The position numbers were made by a program, and so were the translations under genes. The notes below the pieces were generated by a model, which made no database searches, was not told the DNA's origin, and worked only from the letters and a program-made list of their open reading frames with translations. Of a stretch of DNA of 64,000 nt, positions 18,457 through 26,355 are shown piece by piece; position 1 is the stretch's first letter, and every line of letters starts with the position of its first letter. Where the stretch lies: assembly GCA_041661765.1 (NCBI GenBank), contig JBAZTV010000002.1, positions 8,083 through 72,082 on the forward strand, read 5' to 3'. Source of the DNA: Candidatus Shapirobacteria bacterium (GTDB lineage Bacteria; Patescibacteriota; Microgenomatia; UBA12405).

Positions 18457-18930
18457 ATGTCTAAAGATAAAATAATTACAGCCTCTTTAATAATTATTTT
18501 TGTTTTAGCTTTTTATTTTTTAACCAAAAAACCGAGCAGTATGGAAAATCAAGTTTCCAATTCTACTCCAACCTCAAATCCTATGCCAACTCTTCCTCCA
18601 TCTAAAGTCACAGAATTAAAAATTGAAGATATTAAAGTCGGAACTGGCAGTGCTGTTAAATCCGGCGATATCGTTTCTATAAACTACCTTGGCACTCTTG
18701 AAGACGGCACAAAATTCGATAGCTCTTATGATCGAAATCAACCTTTTGAAACACAAATTGGTGTTGGTCAAGTTATTGAAGGTTGGGATAAAGGAGTTGT
18801 TGGTATGCAAGTTGGTGGTAAAAGAAAACTAACTATTCCTTATCAAATGGCTTACGGTGAAAATGGCTATGGTCCGATTCCCGCCAAAGCCACCCTCATT
18901 TTTGAAGTTGAGTTAATGTTTATAAAATAA
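18457..18930 (+). CDS. FKBP-type peptidyl-prolyl cis-trans isomerase, membrane-anchored
   Basis: N-terminal TM helix. FKBP core GDIVSINYLGTLEDGTKFDSSYDRNQPFETQIGVGQVIEGWDKGVVGMQVGGKRKLTIP. Confidence 0.8.
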   Translation: MSKDKIITASLIIIFVLAFYFLTKKPSSMENQVSNSTPTSNPMPTLPPSKVTELKIEDIKVGTGSAVKSGDIVSINYLGTLEDGTKFDSSYDRNQPFETQIGVGQVIEGWDKGVVGMQVGGKRKLTIPYQMAYGENGYGPIPAKATLIFEVELMFIK

Positions 18931-18992
18931 AAAATATTTACCCCTTTTCTTAAAAGGAGAAATAGCTAAGCCAAAAGGGATCTTATTCAACC

Positions 18993-19023
18993 AAAAAAAT
19001 GCTGGCAAACGCCAGCATTTTTA
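18993..19023. terminator. Bidirectional rho-independent terminator between convergent genes
   Basis: aaaaaaATGCTGGCaaacGCCAGCATttttt has an A-run and a T-run flanking an 8-bp stem. Confidence 0.7.
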
Positions 19024-19042
19024 ATATACTCTTTGAGTAAAA

Positions 19043-19720
19043 TTATTTATAAATAATTTTTGCTGAAGATTTTAAATTATTAAACCAAGTGCTAAGAGCA
19101 GTATTTTTTGCTTGAGTTTCAAGTTGTTCTTTCGCTAATATTTGTAGTTCACTATCTGTCTTTCCTGTTGGTAAATAACTTTTATTTTCTTTTAAGAAAG
19201 CGTCAATCTGTTCTTTTGTAACTTCAGCACTAGGTGATGCCAATGCTTCAGCAATCTTTTGAGTACGGATTTGTGAAACAACTTCATCTTTTGTCACACC
19301 TTGTGTTTTCATTGCCTCTTCTAAAGTCGTTCCTTGAGTTTTAACTTGATCTTCGATTAAAGCCAAACCTTTATCAATTTCTTCTTGACTAATAACAATG
19401 CCTTTGTTTTTAGCTTCACCTTCTATTAAAGCATCTTGGACCATCTGACCAAGAATAACCTGTTTATCTTGTTTTTGTAATTGTGTAATATATGAATGTC
19501 TATAAATTGGTTTTCCATTCACTGTTGCCACGACCCCAAATTTAATAAAACAACCAGTAATAAAGGCCAATAAAACCAGAAAACCAATTAAGTGAATTGT
19601 TGCCATCTTAGACATTTTTTTCATTACTAGTTTCTTCTTTTCCGTTACTTTTTTAATATCAACAACCTCATTGGTAACTTTTTTGTTTGTTTTTTTGATT
19701 ATTTTTTTCATATATTTCAT
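19043..19720 (-). CDS. SurA-N-terminal-domain-like periplasmic chaperone (PrsA/SurA N-domain)
   Basis: TM anchor then VATVNGKPI..Y..L SurA_N-like helical region. The lysine-rich N-terminus suggests the true start is an internal Met, MSKMATIHL. Confidence 0.45.
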   Translation of the reverse strand: MKYMKKIIKKTNKKVTNEVVDIKKVTEKKKLVMKKMSKMATIHLIGFLVLLAFITGCFIKFGVVATVNGKPIYRHSYITQLQKQDKQVILGQMVQDALIEGEAKNKGIVISQEEIDKGLALIEDQVKTQGTTLEEAMKTQGVTKDEVVSQIRTQKIAEALASPSAEVTKEQIDAFLKENKSYLPTGKTDSELQILAKEQLETQAKNTALSTWFNNLKSSAKIIYK

Positions 19721-19832
19721 TTATAATAGCATTTTTTAAATAATTTAAAAACAAAAAAAGGCCCTGATAACTATTTTGATTTTTACATCAACAAGTCACC
19801 AAGACACTTATTTTCTCTTCTTGTTACTAAAA

Positions 19833-20288
19833 TTATTTAATTATTGCTGATCCGTCAGAATCCTTTATTGTTGTTACTCGTTCGCTCATAAACATATTAA
19901 CTGTACTGATAATAGATTTCGAGATAAACTCATCCTTTGCTTCGGTAAATCCTGAAACAGCGACTACAAAATATTCGCCCCGTTTTAGTTCTATTGACCA
20001 ACTTCCTCCCCAGACACAATCTCCTGAAGTTAATAACTCGGGATAAATAGAAGCCATTTTTGATGGTAATCCATTTTCCCAAGAAAATTTTGCTTTACCA
20101 GTTGCATTTTGTTTACGTTCTTCAGTGCTTATTCCGACTTCGTGTTCAATTAGAATTGAATCATTAAAATCAAAATCTCCAAATTGTTTATTTGGGTCAG
20201 TTATAACGATCCAAATTTTACCTCCCAATTTTTCAATTATTGGTTTGGTCAAATCAATAGCTGCCAAAATCATTTCTTTTGTAATCAT
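19833..20288 (-). CDS. GlcG/HbpS-like (DUF336) protein, putative
   Basis: Track ORF starts at TTG and its first 33 aa are AT-rich junk, so the start is taken at ATG 20288 (MITKEMILAAID...). ...IWIVITDPNKQFGDFDF... and ...GEYFVVAVSGFTEAKDEFISK resemble GlcG family motifs. Confidence 0.4.
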   Translation of the reverse strand: MITKEMILAAIDLTKPIIEKLGGKIWIVITDPNKQFGDFDFNDSILIEHEVGISTEERKQNATGKAKFSWENGLPSKMASIYPELLTSGDCVWGGSWSIELKRGEYFVVAVSGFTEAKDEFISKSIISTVNMFMSERVTTIKDSDGSAIIK

Positions 20289-20416
20289 ACATGGAGATTT
20301 CTTTTTTTTCACACAAATCACCAATCTTTCTTTTTTATTGTAAATGTACAAGAAGAGAGCTTCAAAAAAACAAAAAATAAAAAACAATTTTTTTATCTTT
20401 ATTTTTAAGTAGGGAA

Positions 20417-20516
20417 ATTATATCAAACCAGTTCAAAAAAAACACTTTAGTGACCCCAGACCTTCAAGAGGGGGTCTGATAAACCCTGTTCAATTACTCC
20501 CGTGTAGAGAATGTAA
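20417..20516. promoter_or_regulatory. Bidirectional promoter module, left copy
   Basis: Conserved 5' box attatatcaaaccagttcaaaaaaaacactttagtgac carries a minus-strand extended -10 TGATATAAT facing gene 19833-20288. Conserved 3' box ttcaattactcccgtgtagagaatgtaa. A 31-nt variable core carries a cagacc/ggtctg hairpin. Confidence 0.5.
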
Positions 20517-20636
20517 ATATTAATACAATTCTTTCATTTCCATTAGTTTTAAAAACATTTAAAAAAAATACGGCCAAAGTCTAAATTGAATGTGTAACAC
20601 ACATCAACTTTTGACTCCAGCCGTAATTATGTTAGT

Positions 20637-21227
20637 TTAAAAAACCGCAAGAACCGTCTTCAGTTCCTCATAGTTAAAAGAAGAGTCTCTTTTGGGACAG
20701 ATTCCAATTGGTATTAGGCAAAATTTGCAATCATGGGAATGGTCATCCTTTTTCATCGCCATAATTTTATCCATATTACTTGGATCAGAAAAAATTTCAT
20801 CCATCTCTTCTTTTGTTGGGCCAACGAATTTATTGTCCCCAATATCTCCAAAGAGATCATTCATCATTAGTATCCCCGTCGGTATCCCAAAATGCCCACC
20901 AAACATGTCAGCTATTAGCATGAGATGCAGTAGCTCATCCAAAGGATGTTGGCTGCGGTGAAACCAGTCCTTATTTTCTTTAGACTGCCAATCGGCGTAT
21001 TCCACTTCTTCCATCGGCTTGCCAATACCTTGGTCGTTTATGAGCACGTGAACCACTGTACCTTTTCCAGTATCAACGCCTTTGTGGTCAATCTGGTTGC
21101 GTAGTTTTCTTTGAAGTTCATTCTGGGAGTAATTATTTTGAAGATGATTTTTAATCCCTTCTTCGCCCTCAAAATGAATCTCAATTTTTGCTCCTTTACA
21201 ACTTGTTAGTTTTTCAAAAACTACCAT
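20637..21227 (-). CDS. Hypothetical two-domain protein: N-terminal domain paralogous to CDS 497-784, plus a C-terminal Cys/His-rich extension
   Basis: N-terminal 95 aa are about 45% identical to CDS 497-784. C-terminal ~100 aa contain H-x3-H...GGHFG...HSHDCKFC...C...C. No family recognised. Confidence 0.6.
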   Translation of the reverse strand: MVVFEKLTSCKGAKIEIHFEGEEGIKNHLQNNYSQNELQRKLRNQIDHKGVDTGKGTVVHVLINDQGIGKPMEEVEYADWQSKENKDWFHRSQHPLDELLHLMLIADMFGGHFGIPTGILMMNDLFGDIGDNKFVGPTKEEMDEIFSDPSNMDKIMAMKKDDHSHDCKFCLIPIGICPKRDSSFNYEELKTVLAVF

Positions 21228-21400
21228 ATTTACAAACTCCTTTCATTTTCACATTTACATGTGGTTATCCTATGGACAACTCTCTAGATATAGAAATACC
21301 CACAGAGTTGCCCATAATCAGGAGTTTTATTATTTTAATGTTCTCTTATTAAGACATAAATATTTTAGCTAATTAAAAATATTATGCCTAATATAGTCCA
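21228..21400 (-). promoter_or_regulatory. Conserved structured 5' leader, copy 2. Hairpin at 21271-21317. RBS-proximal block AAATGTGAAAATGAAAGG.
   Basis: Reverse complement aligns with 324-496. Hairpin stem tatgggcaactct / agagttgtccata differs from copy 1 by compensatory changes. Transcript likely starts about 7 nt after the promoter at 21410..21402. Confidence 0.55.
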
Positions 21401-21401
21401 T

Positions 21402-21560
21402 ATTATATCAAACCAGTTCAAAAAAAACACTTTGGTAACATCAGACATCCCGCAAGAGAACCAAATCATCAGCGAACTTATTTTCTATTTCAAAACCTTT
21501 GCAGATGATATCTCTAACCTAACAAATCCTATTCAATTACTCCCCGTATAGAGAATATAA
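21402..21560. promoter_or_regulatory. Bidirectional promoter module, right copy
   Basis: Same 38-nt 5' box, with minus-strand TGATATAAT driving the leader and gene 21227..20637. Same 28-nt 3' box (possible weak plus-strand promoter TTCAAT-17-ATATAA toward 21603). Variable core of ~80 nt. Confidence 0.5.
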
Positions 21561-21602
21561 CTAAAAATTAGTGTTAATTGATCAACTAAAGTAAAATAAC
21601 CT

Positions 21603-22106
21603 ATGACGGAAATTGATAAATCAAATTTTGAACCAGTTAATTCTCAACTTATAAATATAGTTGAAAAAGAAAAAAGTCCAGTTAAATATCCAATAACAAT
21701 GGAACAATTGAAAGATTTATTTAAAAGACAGGCTGAATTTGACGAATCAGAAGATGAACCAGAGTTACTTTCGGAATCTAAATTTGAAGTTATACCTCAA
21801 GGGTTAAATATTACTTCCTCATATACTATCTCTAACTTAGAAGGTGGTAGGACTAATCTTACAATCAAAGGTTGTTTAAATAATAATGAGAATGGATTTT
21901 TATCTGACGAAACTCCAGCAGAAATTAGTGGTGACACAAAAGCTAAACAACGTACTCTTAGTGCTTTTGGAGTAGAAGAAGAATTACCTTTTAAAACTTA
22001 TTTAAAAGCCATGATTGAAGATTCTTTACAAGGTAAAGTAAGTATTAAAGAAATATCACTTCAAGATAAAAATCTAGTTTTGGAAATTGAAAAACCACAA
22101 GATTAA
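21603..22106 (+). CDS. Hypothetical acidic protein
   Basis: ORF only. Confidence 0.4.
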   Translation: MTEIDKSNFEPVNSQLINIVEKEKSPVKYPITMEQLKDLFKRQAEFDESEDEPELLSESKFEVIPQGLNITSSYTISNLEGGRTNLTIKGCLNNNENGFLSDETPAEISGDTKAKQRTLSAFGVEEELPFKTYLKAMIEDSLQGKVSIKEISLQDKNLVLEIEKPQD

Positions 22107-22111
22107 AAAAG

Positions 22112-22186
22112 TGGTGACCCTACGGGGAATCGAACCCCGATTAGCAGAATGAGAATCTGCTGTCCTAACCATTAGACGATAAGGCC
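22112..22186 (-). tRNA. tRNA-Glu (anticodon CUC), CCA encoded
   Basis: Minus strand ggcctta-tc-gtct-aatggtta-ggac-a-gcaga-ttCTCat-tctgc-taat-cgggg-ttcgatt-ccccg-tagggtc-a-cca. Canonical cloverleaf with two G-U pairs in the acceptor stem. Confidence 0.7.
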
Positions 22187-22208
22187 AGATTAATGTAAAA
22201 TTAATTAG

Positions 22209-23345
22209 ATGTATTTTACCAAATATAGCTCTTATTTTAAGCTTATAGCTTTAACGGTGCTTTTTTCCGTTTGTTTTTGGTTTACCTTTTATTTTAACAT
22301 TCCCGGCAAAATAGGTTTTAACAACGTTTCCCTAGAAACTGTTTTTTTTAACTACGACGGACCAAATTATATGGTTATCAGTAAATGTGGTTACAACAAA
22401 AATTGTATCGGTCCAAATTTTTCCATGCCTCAATCATTTGAATATTACCCAGCCCATTTGCCTGGTTATCCCATGCTAATTACCTTCATTTCTAATTTCA
22501 CTTCCACTCCAAAAGCCATGCTTTTAACCACTCTTGCCGGATCGATTTTTTTGTCACTGATTTTATTTGAATTTTTTAAATTATTTATCAATGAAAAGAA
22601 AGCTTTTTGGCTTTCCACTCTTTTTATTTTTTTTCCTGCTCGTTTTTTTGTCTTACGTCAAATTGGTGCTCCAGAAACTTGGTTTTTAGCCACTATTATT
22701 GCCTCTATTTTTTATTTTAAAAAAGGCAAATATCTACCCGCTGCCATTTTTGCCGCCCTTGCCCAAAGTCTCAAAAGTCCCGGCATTCTTTTATTTGCAT
22801 CATATGGAATTATTGCCATTTATGAGTTAATTAAAACCAAAAATTTTTGGCCGATTTTTAAAAAATATTTTTGTTTTATTTTAGCTCCAATTACGGTCCT
22901 TATAATTTTTAATCTTTATCGAATCCAAACAGGGGATTTTTGGGCCTATTTCCACAGTGGCGATAATTTTCATTTAAATACCTTGCCATATTTAGTTTTT
23001 ATCAGCACTAAATCATGGATCAATACTATTTGGCTCGAAGATGTTATTTATATTTATTTAATCGCTATTTATGGCGTTTATCGTTTATATAAAAAATATA
23101 AATTCGATATTATTGTCATTTTTCCTACTCTTTTTACACTGGCCACCCTCTTTGTCGCCCATCGAGACATTAGTCGTTACATAGCTCCAGTCTATCCATT
23201 TTTATTACTCGCTTTCGCTAAATTTTTAAATAAAAAATCCATAAAAATTATTTTTCTGATTCTTCTCCCAGCCATAATTCTCTATGGCATTAATTTTGTC
23301 GCTGGTAATGTCGCCCCAATCGCCGACTGGGGTCCATATCTTTAA
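22209..23345 (+). CDS. Polytopic membrane protein, probably a GT-C-type glycosyltransferase
   Basis: More than 9 predicted TM segments, aromatic-rich. No catalytic motif confidently recognised. Confidence 0.45.
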   Translation: MYFTKYSSYFKLIALTVLFSVCFWFTFYFNIPGKIGFNNVSLETVFFNYDGPNYMVISKCGYNKNCIGPNFSMPQSFEYYPAHLPGYPMLITFISNFTSTPKAMLLTTLAGSIFLSLILFEFFKLFINEKKAFWLSTLFIFFPARFFVLRQIGAPETWFLATIIASIFYFKKGKYLPAAIFAALAQSLKSPGILLFASYGIIAIYELIKTKNFWPIFKKYFCFILAPITVLIIFNLYRIQTGDFWAYFHSGDNFHLNTLPYLVFISTKSWINTIWLEDVIYIYLIAIYGVYRLYKKYKFDIIVIFPTLFTLATLFVAHRDISRYIAPVYPFLLLAFAKFLNKKSIKIIFLILLPAIILYGINFVAGNVAPIADWGPYL

Positions 23346-24220
23346 CTTAAATAAATCTTACCACTCTCTTGTACAATCAAATCCCTCATCAACATCATCG
23401 AAATTGTTGTCGAAATTTCACTTACTGGTGATTTAATTTTTTGACACAATTCATCAATCGTAATCGCTTCATTTTCTAAAATTGACACAATTTGTTTTTC
23501 TAGATCAGATAAATCACTGTAGTCTTTAAATAAATTTTGTTGATCGGGGCAATGGTTTGAATTCCCCAAAATATCACCGGCACTTGTCACTAATTTGGCT
23601 CCGCCACTTTGAATTAACCAATTAGTTCCTTCGGCCACTTTAAAACCAATCTGTCCTGGAATTGCAAAAATCGGCCGTTGTTGTTTTAACGCCAATTTAG
23701 CCGTAATTAAGCTTCCCGATTTTAGTCCCGCTTCCACAATTAAGACTCCAATTGTCGATAGTCCCGACACAATTCTATTACGTTGAGGAAAACTCCACAG
23801 TGTTGCTTTAAAATTCGGCTCATATTCTGAAATCACCAATCCGCCTTTTTCCAAAATCTCCGTATAAAGTTTATCGTTTTCATTCGGATATAATTCATCT
23901 AATCCGCTTCCTAAAACGGCTATTGTTTTTCCACCTAAATTAAGGCAATTTTTATGAGCCTCACTATCAACACCATACATAAATCCCGAAATTATTGTTA
24001 TTTTTTGAGCCACCAATTCTGGCATAAATTTTTCAATCACTTCTCGTCCATATCGGCTAATATTTCGACTGCCCACAACCGCTAAAGTTTTTTTAAAAAT
24101 TTCTTCATTCCAATTTCCTCGATAAAATAATTTTTCCGGGCAATTTGGTATCTTTTTAAAACCGCTCGAAAAATCCTTTTTCTCAATAATTTTTATCGGC
24201 CACTTTTTCCATTCATTCAT
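23342..24220 (-). CDS. dprA: DNA-processing protein DprA (Smf)
   Basis: Rossmann-like DprA core LAVVGSRNISRYG...SGFMYGVDSEAHKNCL...TIAVLGSGLDELYP. Confidence 0.85.
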   Translation of the reverse strand: MNEWKKWPIKIIEKKDFSSGFKKIPNCPEKLFYRGNWNEEIFKKTLAVVGSRNISRYGREVIEKFMPELVAQKITIISGFMYGVDSEAHKNCLNLGGKTIAVLGSGLDELYPNENDKLYTEILEKGGLVISEYEPNFKATLWSFPQRNRIVSGLSTIGVLIVEAGLKSGSLITAKLALKQQRPIFAIPGQIGFKVAEGTNWLIQSGGAKLVTSAGDILGNSNHCPDQQNLFKDYSDLSDLEKQIVSILENEAITIDELCQKIKSPVSEISTTISMMLMRDLIVQESGKIYLS

Positions 24221-24330
24221 AGATTAGATTTTTGCAAAAATGGTGAGATGGTATTTTTCCGCGCACAGTATCCGAGGTGCACTACCGAAGGGGTCGAGCA
24301 CGGTAAAAATATCATCAAACCATTGAATAA

Positions 24331-24705
24331 TTAATATAAATTTTCATAATGATTAACTATTTTAATAGTGTCATCTTCATTCAACACAATACAAACCGCA
24401 TCTATTCGATATTTTTTAAATTGTTTTACTTTTTTATTTTCTAAAACCAAATAACTTTCCGCCACTCTTTTAACTTGTGACAATTTCCTTTTATTAATCA
24501 TTTCCTCAGGTGTTCCAAATTTATCCCCGACTTTCAATTTCACTTCCACAAACACCAACCAATCTTTATCAATCATTATCAAATCAATTTCTCCAATTTT
24601 ATTTTCATAATTCATCTCCACTAATTCAAATCCCTTTTTCGTCAAAAATCCACGGGCTATTTCTTCTCCATTTTTCCCTTTATTGTAATTTTCTTTTTTA
24701 TACAT
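24331..24705 (-). CDS. yraN: YraN-family (UPF0102) endonuclease
   Basis: GE.IA..FL...G...V..N......GEIDLI......LVFVEVK pattern. About 124 aa. Confidence 0.8.
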   Translation of the reverse strand: MYKKENYNKGKNGEEIARGFLTKKGFELVEMNYENKIGEIDLIMIDKDWLVFVEVKLKVGDKFGTPEEMINKRKLSQVKRVAESYLVLENKKVKQFKKYRIDAVCIVLNEDDTIKIVNHYENLY

Positions 24706-24731
24706 AAAAATAAAATTTCTATTTATAAATC

Positions 24732-24775
24732 GCCCTGTTAAGGGAGATGTCCCGCACCGCGGGACAGAGGGTTTA
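24732..24775 (+). repeat. GC-rich double-hairpin element, family copy c (plus orientation between two minus-strand genes)
   Basis: gCCCTgttaaGGGag, then atgtcccgcaccgcgggaca, then GAGGGTTTaaa. Confidence 0.5.
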
Positions 24776-24780
24776 AATCA

Positions 24781-26316
24781 TTAAGATAATTCACGCGTCC
24801 TATATTGCAACGCTTCTGCCACATGAAATTCTTTTATTATTTCCGACTTATCCAAATCAGCGATTGTCCTCGACACTTTTATTAATCTAAAATACGACCG
24901 AGCCGACAATGCAAACTTATTAACTGCCTGTTTTAAGAGTAAATTTGCTTCATCACTTAATTTAGCAAATTCCTTTAAATGACTGTTTTTCATATCGGAA
25001 TTACTGTGAATATGCCCCAATTTTTTAAATCTTTCGCTTTGAATTTTTCTCGCCTCGTTAACTCTCTTTTTAATTTCCACTGATTTTTCACCACTCGCTT
25101 TTTCCTTATCAATCATTAAATTATTCACATCCACCGCCGGCACCGTCAAATGCAAATCGATTCGATCCATTATTGGCCCTGATAATTTTTTTTGATAATT
25201 CAAAATTTGATGGGCTGTACATTTGCATTCTTTTTTTGGATCTCCAAGATGACCACACGGGCAGGGGTTGGCTGCTGCCGCCAACATAAATTGAGCTGGA
25301 AAAGTAATTGATCCCGCCGCCCGGGAAATATTAATTATGCCATCTTCCATTGGTTGCCTTAAAGCTTCAATAGTTGCCCGATTTAGTTCCGGAAATTCGT
25401 CCAAAAATAAAACACCCCGATGTGCCAATGAAATTTCTCCGGGTTTCGGATTACTGCCACCGCCGATTAATCCAATTTGTGAAGTCGTATGATGTGGTGC
25501 CCGAAACGGCCTTTGTCTAATTAAAGATCCGCCCGGTGGAATATTTCCCGTCAATGAATAAATTTTTGTCACTTCTAAACTTTCTTTTTCCGTTAAATTC
25601 GGCAAAATTCCTGCCATTGCCCGAGCCAGCATAGTTTTTCCACTTCCCGGTGGCCCCATCATAAAAATATTATGTCCACCCGCCGCCGCAATTTCCAAGG
25701 CTCTTTTGGCCTGATTTTGCCCCAAAACTTCACAAAAATCAAATTCCGGTCTAATATCGCTCAAAATTTCTACTACATTCACCAACTTCAAAGCCTCGAT
25801 CAATTTTTCTTCCCTCAGGTGTCGAATTAAACTTTTCAAACTATCAACCGGGTAAACATTAACATCCTCGATTACACTGGCCTCGTTAGCACTCATTCTC
25901 GGTACAAAAATATTTTTTACCCCTTCCTCTTTTGCCAAAAGTGCCAATAAAAATACGCCTTTAGTGTGACGCAAACTTCCGTCCAATGACAATTCACCAT
26001 AAAAATAAGCCTTATCTTTTGGTAAATTTATCTCACCAATAGCGGCAATAATTCCCATTGCCACCGGCAAATCATAGGCGGAGCCATCTTTGACTAAATC
26101 AGCCGGTGCCAAATTTACTGTAATTTTTGCCGTTGGAAATTCGATATCAGAATTAATAATTGCCGTCTTTACTCTTTCTTTTGTTTCTTCCACTGATCTT
26201 CCTGTCAAACCAACAATTCCAAAACCAGGAAACCCTTTGTCTGCAACATTAACCTCAACTTCCACTTTTTCAGTTTTTAAGCCGACATTAGCCATCGACA
26301 ACACCTTTGTAAGCAT
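24781..26316 (-). CDS. comM: Mg-chelatase-like AAA+ protein YifB/ComM
   Basis: Lon-like N-domain, Walker A GPPGSGKT, ...VLFLDEFPE..., arginine finger, C-terminal Mg-chelatase domain. Confidence 0.85.
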   Translation of the reverse strand: MLTKVLSMANVGLKTEKVEVEVNVADKGFPGFGIVGLTGRSVEETKERVKTAIINSDIEFPTAKITVNLAPADLVKDGSAYDLPVAMGIIAAIGEINLPKDKAYFYGELSLDGSLRHTKGVFLLALLAKEEGVKNIFVPRMSANEASVIEDVNVYPVDSLKSLIRHLREEKLIEALKLVNVVEILSDIRPEFDFCEVLGQNQAKRALEIAAAGGHNIFMMGPPGSGKTMLARAMAGILPNLTEKESLEVTKIYSLTGNIPPGGSLIRQRPFRAPHHTTSQIGLIGGGSNPKPGEISLAHRGVLFLDEFPELNRATIEALRQPMEDGIINISRAAGSITFPAQFMLAAAANPCPCGHLGDPKKECKCTAHQILNYQKKLSGPIMDRIDLHLTVPAVDVNNLMIDKEKASGEKSVEIKKRVNEARKIQSERFKKLGHIHSNSDMKNSHLKEFAKLSDEANLLLKQAVNKFALSARSYFRLIKVSRTIADLDKSEIIKEFHVAEALQYRTRELS

Positions 26317-26355
26317 AATTACAAATATTACATGCTCTAGCTGTTGTTTGCAATA

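Noticed and set aside
20448-20480. cagacc-ttcaagaggg-ggtctg hairpin in the left promoter module as a terminator
   Set aside because: No adjacent T-run in either orientation. The nearest T-run is 11 nt away on the minus strand. It sits in the variable core of the promoter module.
24235-24305. GC-rich island as SRP RNA, 6S RNA or RNase P RNA
   Set aside because: Lacks the SRP domain IV GGAAGCAGC-type motif and the RNase P conserved segments, and is too short for 6S RNA. Kept only as a low-confidence unknown element.
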